DNA of 64,000 nucleotides, from positions 192,001-256,000 of IMG/VR virus record IMGVR_UViG_3300043177_000122, one strand, 5' to 3'. A program made the position numbers and the translations under genes. Source of the stretch: a virus (Duplodnaviria; Caudoviricetes). The notes beneath the pieces are model-generated. The model was not told the origin of the DNA. It ran no database searches and saw nothing but the letters and a program-made list of their open reading frames with translations. Of this stretch, positions 47,702 through 57,090 are shown piece after piece. Numbering within the stretch: the stretch's first letter is position 1; every line of letters starts with the position of its first letter.

Positions 47702-48262
47702 TATATCCTTCAAACACTTGATCCAACCAGAAATTTTGATGGCGTTATGTTGGATGTTGAGTACTGGACTGATGGTGGTTTGGACGTTAAAGATAACTGC
47801 TCTGGTCTTTGTGATTTAATGAGACTATTTAGAACTACCCTAAATATTCCAGTTGGCTGTTTCGCGGGATTCTTCCTTAAAGATAATACCGCCACTCGCG
47901 CCTCCTTTACTTATAATGGTAAGTCTGCTCAAGATGGTGAGCACTTGATGGACAACTCTGACTTAACTGTCGTAGGCGCTTATCGTGATCATGCAAATGA
48001 TAACAGTACTGATGGTCATGGACAAATTACTTTGTTCCAACCATGGTATGACTATGCTAGCCAGCATGGTAAGAACCTTCCTCTAATGTGTGGCTCTGAG
48101 ACTATTGATGTTTCTCCAGCATACATTACTTACTTCGGTGCTTCTAAGGCTTCTATGGAAACCGAACACACTACTATCTCTAACACTTTCAGAGTTGCAA
48201 CTAACTCTTGTTTTGTTGGTCAAGCCGTTCACAGCTATGACGGCTGGAAGGCTATGTCCTAA
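47702..48262 (+). pseudogene. 5'-truncated glycoside-hydrolase-like (TIM-barrel) gene
   Basis: Frame opens after TGA 47699-47701 almost directly into RNFDGVMLDVEYW (GH18-like FDGxxxDxE); no SD or plausible start before the motif. Confidence 0.5.
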
Positions 48263-48287
48263 TTAAGATATCAATTTAATTAAGCAA

Positions 48288-48315
48288 GAAAACGGCGTCA
48301 AAAGACGCCGTTTTC
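48288..48315. terminator. Intrinsic terminator
   Basis: GAAAACGGCGTC-AAAA-GACGCCGTTTTC. Confidence 0.9.
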
Positions 48316-48375
48316 ATTTGTATCTTACTAATCTGATATATCTTTTAAGAGGACTAATCAGAGAAGTGAGGCGAT

Positions 48376-49120
48376 ATGAGCAAGTATTACGTTTACCTGA
48401 TTACTAACTTTGTAAACGGAAAAGTTTATATTGGCAAAAGTAACAATCCTCAAGTTCGATGGGGAGATCATAGAAAAGTCGCACTCGGGGGAAAAGAAAA
48501 GTATCCATTAGAGTTTTTTGCTATACATGCCGCTATTCACAAGTACGGATTGAATAATTTCAAATTTGAAATTATCGATGAGTTTGATAACGAAAATGAG
48601 GCCTATAAAGCTGAAACTCAATATATTTTGTTAGCTTGTTCTAATTTGAAAGATTTTGGATATAACTGCAATCTTGGTGGTGAAGGTGGTATTAAACCTA
48701 CTGAAGAAACCAGGCAAAAATTGATTGCTGCTGCTAATAGGCCAGAAAAGATTAAACTGTCTTCAGATATGATGAAGAAGAGGCATCTAGAAAATCCAGG
48801 ATTTTTATCTGTTGTCCATAAAGGCAATCAATATACTAAAGGTAGGAAATTGTCACAACAAGAAAAAGATCACCTGTCCGAAGTATTTGCTGGGCGTGCG
48901 GTATCAGAAGAAACTAAGCAAAAAAATGTCTAAAGCCCAGTCCGGTGAAAAACATTCACAAGCCAGACTGACTGAAAAAGATGTATTACAAATAAGATCA
49001 GATTTCGCCCTATTAACATCTGGTAAGAAGCAGTTCATGCAAACGATGGGTATCAAATACGGTGTGGGACCCAAGACTATTGAGAATGTAGTTTATAGAT
49101 TATCTTGGAGCCATATATGA
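48376..49120 (+). pseudogene. GIY-YIG homing endonuclease split by a frameshift in an A7 run (48920-48926)
   Basis: YYVYLITNFVNGKVYIGKS; removing one A gives ETKQKMSKAQSGEKHSQARLTE... to TGA 49118-49120. Confidence 0.75.
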
Positions 49121-49977
49121 GAGCCTTAGTGCTCAGTGGAGGAGGATCGAAAGGTGCTTACCGGTGTGGCGCCTTACAATATATACTTGGAGAACTAGAA
49201 GTTCAGTATGATGCTTTATGTGGGGTATCAGTTGGTGCTATTAATGTTGCTTTTCTTGCAATGTATAAACATGGAGAAGAAAAGCGGTCAGCAAGCGTGC
49301 TCAAAAGTATGTGGAGGAGCTTAGACAACAGTAAAATATACAAGAGACACTTTCCGTTTGGCAGGTGGCACGCTATCTGGAAGAAGAGTTTTTTTGATAG
49401 TTCACCATTACACAACCTGTTAAAAACTAATATCTCTCTCGAAAAAATTAGAGCAAGTGGCAAACAGGTTAATGTTGGAACTGTTTCTTTGAGTTCTGGT
49501 AAGTATACCACTTTTGATCAAACATCAGATCATTTTATAGATGCAGTTATTGCCTCTGCTTCATTCCCTGGTATGCTGACGCCAGTTGAATTTCTAGGAC
49601 AGTTATGGACTGATGGTGGAATTAAAGAAATATCTCCAATCAAAAAGGCCGTTGAGCTTGGAGCAGATATCATTGATGTTATTATTTGTAATCCTAAAAC
49701 AAGAATCAAAAAATTTATCCCTAATCCAACCACCGTAGATGTTTTAAAGCGTAGTATGGATCTATCTACTGATAAAATCATGGCAAATGATATTGAAAAA
49801 GTAGAAATGTACAATTTATTAGCTAAAAATGGATTAACCGAAAAGAAATACGTTCAACTTAATATTGTGCGCCCGGACCTTAATTTGATTGAAGATTTAC
49901 TTGATTTTAGACCAGAAAAGATAAAGGAAATGATGGAGAAGGGTTATTTAGACGCTAAAAAATCATACACCTATTGA
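49117..49977 (+). CDS. Patatin-like phospholipase
   Basis: LVLSGGGSKG, GVSVG, ASASFP, DGG; ATGA overlap at 49117. Confidence 0.9.
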   Translation: MRALVLSGGGSKGAYRCGALQYILGELEVQYDALCGVSVGAINVAFLAMYKHGEEKRSASVLKSMWRSLDNSKIYKRHFPFGRWHAIWKKSFFDSSPLHNLLKTNISLEKIRASGKQVNVGTVSLSSGKYTTFDQTSDHFIDAVIASASFPGMLTPVEFLGQLWTDGGIKEISPIKKAVELGADIIDVIICNPKTRIKKFIPNPTTVDVLKRSMDLSTDKIMANDIEKVEMYNLLAKNGLTEKKYVQLNIVRPDLNLIEDLLDFRPEKIKEMMEKGYLDAKKSYTY

Positions 49978-50712
49978 TTGTTGGCGTTGTTTTCTACTGG
50001 ATTCATATTTATTATAGCATTCTTTACAATACGTATCTAATCCTGATGTAGTTTTCTTATTTGGTTTAAATAGGGTTCCATTTTTGATTTGATGACAAAT
50101 ACCACACTCTTTGGTGTTTGCTTCAGAATCATAAAATAGATCTTTTCTTACAGGAGCTTTGGGTCTTGTTTTGTAATGTTTATTATCTTCAGATAAAGAC
50201 TTTTTTCGATGACATATCGAACACAGCACCTGACATTTTTTCAATTCTTCTAGCAAGATACTAAGTTTACGATTTTTTAGCCTACATATATCATATAATT
50301 TTGTTTGCGGATCAATATGATCAGCTTGCATATTGAATAAATCATATTGCTTACCACATATAGCACAAGGTTTATTTTTAAACTCATTAATTATATTGAT
50401 ATTACGCCGTTGATTTGGTTCATACTTACGTTTATCTCCTAGTTTTTCCGTAATACGAATATGTGTTCTTTTTTGATGACATAAAATACAAACCAGATCA
50501 CATTTAGCAATCTCTTCTATAATTTTTGCCTTAGGAGAATTAGTTATTACCATTGCACTTACATTCTTGATTTTATCGCCACGACTAACTATATGATCAT
50601 AATCCATACAGTATGACTCATAAATTTGACCACAATCAGTGCATGGTTTATTAGATTTTAACTCTTGAAACCATTTAATACGCGCATCGCGCCATTCTTT
50701 TTTAAATGCCAT
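49963..50712 (-). mobile_element. Tandem HNH-type endonuclease
   Basis: Two copies of KPCxxC...DHI...KCxVxCxxCH plus C-terminal CxxC...CKEC. Confidence 0.7.
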
Positions 50713-50803
50713 GCATAAAATATATCGCGCATCCGCAACTCATTCTCTTTCTCCAAATGAAAACATTAATGTAATAATTCTACATAGTAGTAGAGGTATT
50801 TCA

Positions 50804-51136
50804 ATGGCTTTTCCTTATGACCGCACTAATAATCCAAGAGGCCCAATTCAATACGGTAAAGACTTCAATTTCTACAGGAAATTGACTGTTGCCAACAGTA
50901 ATTTCAATACAGATGCTGATGTTTGGATTACTTTTCCAACATACACGGTAAATTTCTCGCTTGAGAGCACTGGTGTAGTTCAATATTCTTTCAATGGAAC
51001 GGATATTCATGGAGAAATGGACTCTACCAAATCTAGCAAAGATTTAAGCTTTGTAAATAGATCAGTTTGTAAAATTTGGTTCAAATTAATTTCGGGAGCC
51101 GGAACCGTTCGTATTGAAGCTTGGGGAACCCGCTAA
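50804..51136 (+). CDS. Hypothetical beta-rich protein
   Basis: GAGG SD before ATG 50804 (MAFPYDR). Confidence 0.55.
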   Translation: MAFPYDRTNNPRGPIQYGKDFNFYRKLTVANSNFNTDADVWITFPTYTVNFSLESTGVVQYSFNGTDIHGEMDSTKSSKDLSFVNRSVCKIWFKLISGAGTVRIEAWGTR

Positions 51137-51154
51137 TCTGATATAAGTAAGTGC

Positions 51155-51481
51155 ATGAGTAAGCTGATTAAAAATAAATGCGAAATAGAATCATGTAATG
51201 TCACGGATCCTAAGCTACTAGAACTGCATCACATTATAGAAAGAACAGAGATTAACACGACCAATCATGATTTTAACCTAGCAATTCTATGCGCTAATTG
51301 TCACGCTATGACGCATACAGGTCGCCTTAAAATTATCGGCATCTATCCCTCTACATTGCCTCCAAACGGAAGAACTCTTATCTACGAATTGGATGGAAAG
51401 CAAAACATCGAGGGTATCGATAAACCTTATATAGAGTTTAAAAACAAGTCTTTCAAAATCGGGAGAAAGTTACATGAGTAA
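51155..51481 (+). CDS. Small HNH endonuclease
   Basis: CEIESC...ELHHII...NLAILCANCHAMTH. Confidence 0.7.
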   Translation: MSKLIKNKCEIESCNVTDPKLLELHHIIERTEINTTNHDFNLAILCANCHAMTHTGRLKIIGIYPSTLPPNGRTLIYELDGKQNIEGIDKPYIEFKNKSFKIGRKLHE

Positions 51482-51833
51482 GTTAATTGGTTCATCTGGT
51501 TTTCATATGGATAGCACAAATCCAGATGATGTCAGCAATAAAGTCACTGATGAGAAAGAAACTCGTAGAAAATTTTTAACAGTTTCTAGGTGGGCTGGGC
51601 GAGAGCGAGATATGTTAATACTCTTTGCAAAATTTGACAAGCTTCAAAAAGGGACTAATGATCCGGAGAAACAAAAGGATATTGCTAAGGTTGGAGCAAT
51701 AGAAGTGTACAAACTATTGGGCGAATGTTTTGCTTCTTTGAAGTCAAGCGGCGCTCTTGCTATTCCAGGTTTGGACTCTCATATGGGAGAACTTTGGGTG
51801 GATGGTGAGTTAGTATATAAGGATAAGAAATGA
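51474..51833 (+). CDS. Hypothetical protein
   Basis: 119-aa ORF with GGAG SD. Confidence 0.5.
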   Translation: MSKLIGSSGFHMDSTNPDDVSNKVTDEKETRRKFLTVSRWAGRERDMLILFAKFDKLQKGTNDPEKQKDIAKVGAIEVYKLLGECFASLKSSGALAIPGLDSHMGELWVDGELVYKDKK

Positions 51834-52063
51834 CCGACGAAAAGTTTTATGGTGAAGTATTATGGTTCGATCCTAAAAGAGGATTTGGATTTATTGGCTG
51901 GGAAAAAGAAGGCGTTAAACAAAAAGACATGTTTGTACACTTCTCTGACGTTGCCTGTGAAGGTTTCAAAACACTCTACAAACATCAGAAGGTATCTTTT
52001 GGAATTGGCGCTAATAAACATGGCACACCAAAAGCTATTAATGTAGAAGTGATGAAGAACTAA
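51830..52063 (+). CDS. csp: Cold-shock domain protein
   Basis: GEVLWFDPKRGFGFI (RNP1), MFVHFSD (RNP2), GFKTL. Confidence 0.9.
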   Translation: MTDEKFYGEVLWFDPKRGFGFIGWEKEGVKQKDMFVHFSDVACEGFKTLYKHQKVSFGIGANKHGTPKAINVEVMKN

Positions 52064-52064
52064 T

Positions 52065-52373
52065 TTACTTCTTGATGAAAATTTGAATAATCTGAGCAAC
52101 TAAAGCTAGTAGCCCAGTGACGAATAGCACTTGAATTTTAAAAAGATCTTTGGATGCTTCTTCGGATTTCTCTAAGATTTTATTAAGCTTTTCTTCGATT
52201 TGTTCTTGGGATCTTTGGTTATCATTAAGTAGACTAATAATCTCTTCATTTTGATCAGCAACAGCAGTTTCAATCTCAACAACTTTTCTGTTTACTTCTA
52301 AAATGATCTGTAGATCCCTCTTGTTTATTTGACTAGTAAGAGGTACTGTTTTGTCCTTGTCTCTATCAGGCAT
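52065..52373 (-). CDS. Coiled-coil protein with C-terminal transmembrane helix
   Basis: Heptads then LFKIQVLFVTGLLALVAQIIQIFIKK. Confidence 0.6.
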   Translation of the reverse strand: MPDRDKDKTVPLTSQINKRDLQIILEVNRKVVEIETAVADQNEEIISLLNDNQRSQEQIEEKLNKILEKSEEASKDLFKIQVLFVTGLLALVAQIIQIFIKK

Positions 52374-52555
52374 TATTCCCCAGATTTTTGAGTTTTGTTA
52401 CGCTTCTTCCTCTTCCGAAATTTGCTCATAACTTCATCTTGTTTGTCACTGAGTTTTTTATACTCTTCTACAATAACTGGCTCAATATCCGCTTCAATTG
52501 TTGGATCAGTATCTATAATTTGATTAATGACTATAGCAAGTTGTTTGCGTGACAT
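52373..52555 (-). CDS. Small protein with basic C-terminus
   Basis: Coupled between two minus-strand genes. Confidence 0.45.
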   Translation of the reverse strand: MSRKQLAIVINQIIDTDPTIEADIEPVIVEEYKKLSDKQDEVMSKFRKRKKRNKTQKSGE

Positions 52556-52557
52556 GA

Positions 52558-52986
52558 TTATACCTTTTTAGGTGGATTAATGACGCTTCTTTGAAGATCA
52601 ATTTCAACAAGATCGGCATTTTCTTTTGCAAAAAGTTCATCTTGCTTCTTTTGGTCTTCATCAGAAACTTTTAACTCGTCATATTCTTGTTCCTCGATTT
52701 GAAAGAGTGAACGAGTTCTGTCTGGGATAATAGTGCCATATACAACTGGTACCTTATTTTTCTCCGGATCAGGAGGTGGTACATGTCTTACTATAATTCT
52801 ATCTCTTTTTTTAAATAAAGAGCCAGATTCTTTAGATTTTAATAGTTCTTCTAATGTATATTTGTAGTGTCTTTTATCCAATAGATTAACAGTGGAGAAT
52901 GCTTTAATATTCAAAGCCAAATCTGCCAATGTTACATTCATTGGTGATACATTAGTGACCCAAAAGGTTTGTTCTTTGGTTTTCAT
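52558..52986 (-). CDS. Hypothetical protein
   Basis: 142-aa ORF; weak resemblance to N-terminus of 41563 (WVTNVSP vs IVRNVSP). Confidence 0.55.
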   Translation of the reverse strand: MKTKEQTFWVTNVSPMNVTLADLALNIKAFSTVNLLDKRHYKYTLEELLKSKESGSLFKKRDRIIVRHVPPPDPEKNKVPVVYGTIIPDRTRSLFQIEEQEYDELKVSDEDQKKQDELFAKENADLVEIDLQRSVINPPKKV

Positions 52987-53075
52987 GGTTTACCCTTTAA
53001 TGCTTTCATATTGATAAATTGGACTCATACTACTATTTGAGTATTTATATAGCGTTAGCAAATTAGGGAGAAAAT

Positions 53076-53531
53076 ATGAGTAAAACCAATGTTTGGGAGA
53101 GCGACCTGTTAAAGCTTGTATTTAACAATACTACTGCGTCTTTAATTGGTGACGCTACTGGATTGGTTGGATCAAGCACTACTGGTGTTCTTTACGTAAG
53201 TTTACATACTGCCGATCCTACAGAAGGTGGCAGTCAAACTAGCTCTGAGGCAACTTATACTGGATATGCCAGAGTTGCAGTTGCGCGTACAACAGGAGGA
53301 TGGACAGTTGTTGAAGTAGATTCTGGACCATCCACAGTAACCAATGCAGCACAAGTAAATTTTCCACAATGTACTGCTGGTTCTAGCACTATTACACATG
53401 TGGGCGTAGGTACAAACTCAACAGGTGCCGGTAAATTGTTATACAAAGGAGCTTTAGCATCTTCTTTGGCTGTATCTCAAAATATCACTCCAAGTTTTGC
53501 GGTAGGTACTTTGGTAATTACCGAACAATAA
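53076..53531 (+). CDS. Small virion structural protein (tail/baseplate-associated type)
   Basis: GGGAG SD; LYVSLHTADP...EATYTGYARVAV...FPQCT...ITHVG pattern. Confidence 0.6.
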   Translation: MSKTNVWESDLLKLVFNNTTASLIGDATGLVGSSTTGVLYVSLHTADPTEGGSQTSSEATYTGYARVAVARTTGGWTVVEVDSGPSTVTNAAQVNFPQCTAGSSTITHVGVGTNSTGAGKLLYKGALASSLAVSQNITPSFAVGTLVITEQ

Positions 53532-53551
53532 TAAATTAGTGTGGAGATGAG

Positions 53552-55048
53552 ATGGCTGAACAGTTTGCAAATAATGCAGCCTCCACATTAAATGGAGCAA
53601 TTAATAATTCTACAACCACCATTGTCGTAGCTACTGGTGAAGGGTCTCGCTTTCCTTCTGTTGGTAACTTTAGACTAATGATTGGTCTTGATCCATTTAC
53701 TGCGGAAATAGTTTTAGCTACTGCTCGTACTGGTGATACTATAACCGTTACTCGTGGGCAAGAAGGTACCACAGCTCAATCTTGGGGTAATGGAACTTCA
53801 GTTACTCATATATTAACAGCAGGGGCCATCAATGCTATCACGTTTTCGCCAGGTGGTGATCTTGCTGGCACACAAACTTCTCAACAAGTTATTTCTATAA
53901 CTGGAGATTCAGGTACACTTAATATCTCATCAACTGGCGCATCAATTGTTTGGAATGCGTCTGCTAGTGCTCCAACGTTAAGACAAGCTAATCAAACTGC
54001 TAGCTCAACTAATGGCCAACTATTAACGATTCAAGCTCAGAATGCTGTTGGCGGAACCAGCGCAGGCGGCCATATATCTATTACCTCTGGAACAGGAACC
54101 ACTATTCCAGGAGAAGTTAGATTTAATGTTGGCTCTAATCTATCAGGATATTTTGATTCAAATAGAATATTTAGATTTGGAACAAATCCGGCTACAACAG
54201 CATCTGCATTTGCAACTTCTTATCCACTATCATCATCCGATATAGGATTTGGACATAATTCATCTGGTAGTGCTTGGTTTAATATTTTTTCTGGCGGAAC
54301 AACCACTAGGGCTGCCGTTAGCGCCTGGAATACTTCTGGAGGCGCTTCAAATACTGCCGGTATTAGTATTCAAGGGGCAGGCTCATCTCACGCAACTGCC
54401 GGCTATGCTCTAAATGGTATTATTGAGCATAGTGGTTCCTCTAACTCTGCCATAGTTTTTTCTAGTACTGATGGCGCAGGAGAAAACACTCAAATAAAAG
54501 GTAGAATTTGGAGATCTGGGGCCTGGAGTATTGGAGATAGTACTCAAAATGACACCTCTTCAGAAGCTCAAGCCGGACTAACTGGCCCTCTTATCAATTT
54601 GACACAAATTACTGGAGGAACACTTACATCTACTTCTAATCAGTCATTATTGTATAATAATGCCGGTACGACAACCCTGCAAGGCCATGTCGGTCATACA
54701 TTAATTGCAAATACTACTACTATTGCCTCAACTTCAACTAGTAAATTTATTACAAATGTAGGTAGGCGTATTGCTACTAACGTCAAAACAGCAAATTATA
54801 CCGTAACAACTTCTGATGAGGTAATTATTGTTGGAACCTTAACAGGAAGCATTACTATCACTCTCCCTACAAGTCCAACCGCGGGGGACACTTATACAAT
54901 AAAAGATCAGGCAGGAGGCTCAGCCACCAACAATATTATTGTATCAGGTAACGGAAATGATATTGATGGCGCCGGTTCTTATACTATAAATACTAATTAT
55001 GAAAGCATAACTGTAGTGTTTGCTAATGGTTCTTGGAGTATAATCTAA
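53552..55048 (+). CDS. Tail fibre/spike-like protein
   Basis: N-terminal ASTLNGAINNSTTTIVVATG; GGDLAG motif; C-terminal KTANYTV...ITLPTSP domain. Confidence 0.6.
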   Translation: MAEQFANNAASTLNGAINNSTTTIVVATGEGSRFPSVGNFRLMIGLDPFTAEIVLATARTGDTITVTRGQEGTTAQSWGNGTSVTHILTAGAINAITFSPGGDLAGTQTSQQVISITGDSGTLNISSTGASIVWNASASAPTLRQANQTASSTNGQLLTIQAQNAVGGTSAGGHISITSGTGTTIPGEVRFNVGSNLSGYFDSNRIFRFGTNPATTASAFATSYPLSSSDIGFGHNSSGSAWFNIFSGGTTTRAAVSAWNTSGGASNTAGISIQGAGSSHATAGYALNGIIEHSGSSNSAIVFSSTDGAGENTQIKGRIWRSGAWSIGDSTQNDTSSEAQAGLTGPLINLTQITGGTLTSTSNQSLLYNNAGTTTLQGHVGHTLIANTTTIASTSTSKFITNVGRRIATNVKTANYTVTTSDEVIIVGTLTGSITITLPTSPTAGDTYTIKDQAGGSATNNIIVSGNGNDIDGAGSYTINTNYESITVVFANGSWSII

Positions 55049-57090
55049 TGTCTCACCAATCTTTTCCTAAAGCTGTAGGATCAATAACAGATGGATATGT
55101 TCTAACTTATGTTGGTTCTGATGGATATTGGAAACCTAAAGCTCCGCCAACTGGCGGCTGGCAAACTGTCTACGAAGTAGATTTTTCTGCACTTACAACT
55201 CAATCTTTTGTAGGAAATGGTACTGTTACTATTGATGGCAAATCTTGGACTGTGGAAAATTTCGCAGCCGCAACTTCGTTTGGAATAGTAAATGGTACAG
55301 GATTACAATTTGTATGTAATACTTCTAATACCGATTATAATAATTCCACAAGAAATGGCCTTTTAATTGGAACAAAGATTACTAATTTATATCCACAATT
55401 TTCTCTTACTAATCATAAAGTTAGAGTAACGGGACGTGTAGCATCTTCAAACGCAGATCAGAACTCTGAATTTCTTGTTTTTGGTTTAGAGGATAGCGAT
55501 TCTCCAACTAGCTTGAATTATACTTTATTTAAAGGCTACCAAAACGGTGCTATGTTAGCTCAAAAAGCAACTATAGCGGCATCTTCAAATGCTTTTTTGG
55601 ATACTACTAATACCTCTGATGATGTATTACAAGTCACATTAGATTTGCCAACAAATGCATTCATGAATACTGGCGTTTATTCTTCTGGTTTTCCTACTCA
55701 GGATAATATGAGACCACGTAGAGTTTTCATGCGTTCTGGAGATTTTACTCCCAGCGTTTCCAATTCCCAAGACGTAAATATTGTTATTAGTGCAATCACC
55801 AATAATACTAATGGCAACTTGACTGTTGTAGTTGATAAAGTTAAAGTTGAAATTTTTATTCCTTCAAGCGCCTCTACATTAGTAGTTGGTGGAGATTTAT
55901 CTGGAACGCTACCTAACCCAACTGTAGCTAAAATTCAAGGTAGAAATATTAGTACCACTCCACCTACTGACGGATATGTATTAACTTGGGATAATTTGAA
56001 TAGTCAGTGGAAACCTAAAGAGCCGGTAGGAGCAGTAGACCCTGCTAAGAGTAGTTGGCAGACAGCTTTAGATCTTGATTTAACCGCTCAAGGTACACAA
56101 ACTTTATCTTCGGATACTTCATATTCTATTGGCGGTATTAGTTTTACCAAAATAAATTCTGCCAATGAAGCAACTGCCGCTACATTAGATAGTAATGGGC
56201 TAACCTTTCAACCTAACTCATCTACTGATTATAATGGCGCTACAAGAACTTTACCTAGTGTTTTTGCTTTGTTAAAAAATATAATTCCTAATTTTGATTT
56301 AGGAATGGATGTCAGACTAACTGTTTATAATTCTTCATTAAATAATACAGCAAACTATGATAACTCAGTTATTGCTATTGATACTAATAGTACTACTTTT
56401 GGTGTTGTCTTAAAAAGAGGGCATGGAACAACAGGGCAAGTATTTCAAAGTTTTCTCAATAGATCGGCAACAAACGTTTCAGGATTTATTAGCAGTGGCT
56501 CAGCGCCATCATCAACAAATGATACTATGATTATTGAAATTCCAGCCATAGGATCATTTTCTGGATACAAAACATATGATGGTGACTATAATAATGGATT
56601 CCCTCTTGCTACGGCTTTTAATCCACACAAAAGTTATTTGGTAAGTGCAGGCACTCAAAATACTGATAATTTAACCGTGAACAATTTAGGAATCCTCTTA
56701 GGCGCTCAAAGAGCTGGAAGTGGAACTGCACTAGTTGTTAGATACGCACGACTTAAGGTTGAATATAGAGGAGGCTCTGCAACCGTACCAGATATCACGG
56801 CTGTTAGTTGGTTGTCAACTAAAACATCTAACTATACTGTCACAGATTTAGATACATATATTCCGGTAGATACAACTAGTAATGCAGTTACTATTACATT
56901 ACCAGCATCACCTAAAAATGGCCAACGTTATGTTATTGCAGACGTTGGAGGTGTTACTGCTACTAACAATATTATAGTTGATGGAAATGGTCATAATATA
57001 GTAGGATTATCTACTTATATAATAACTGGTCCTTATAATGTTTTAGAGGTTGCATATCATACTGGAAAAGCAATTTGGGTGGTCATATGA
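55048..57090 (+). CDS. Tail fibre-like protein with internal duplication
   Basis: Two DGYVLT...WKPK...WQT modules; GGDLSGTLPNPTV; C-terminal domain shared with 53552. Confidence 0.6.
   Translation: MSHQSFPKAVGSITDGYVLTYVGSDGYWKPKAPPTGGWQTVYEVDFSALTTQSFVGNGTVTIDGKSWTVENFAAATSFGIVNGTGLQFVCNTSNTDYNNSTRNGLLIGTKITNLYPQFSLTNHKVRVTGRVASSNADQNSEFLVFGLEDSDSPTSLNYTLFKGYQNGAMLAQKATIAASSNAFLDTTNTSDDVLQVTLDLPTNAFMNTGVYSSGFPTQDNMRPRRVFMRSGDFTPSVSNSQDVNIVISAITNNTNGNLTVVVDKVKVEIFIPSSASTLVVGGDLSGTLPNPTVAKIQGRNISTTPPTDGYVLTWDNLNSQWKPKEPVGAVDPAKSSWQTALDLDLTAQGTQTLSSDTSYSIGGISFTKINSANEATAATLDSNGLTFQPNSSTDYNGATRTLPSVFALLKNIIPNFDLGMDVRLTVYNSSLNNTANYDNSVIAIDTNSTTFGVVLKRGHGTTGQVFQSFLNRSATNVSGFISSGSAPSSTNDTMIIEIPAIGSFSGYKTYDGDYNNGFPLATAFNPHKSYLVSAGTQNTDNLTVNNLGILLGAQRAGSGTALVVRYARLKVEYRGGSATVPDITAVSWLSTKTSNYTVTDLDTYIPVDTTSNAVTITLPASPKNGQRYVIADVGGVTATNNIIVDGNGHNIVGLSTYIITGPYNVLEVAYHTGKAIWVVI

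Noticed and set aside
9958-49977. CBASS-like pairing of nucleotidyltransferase and patatin
   Set aside because: The NTases are CCA/PAP class II, not CD-NTases, and are 8-39 kb from patatin
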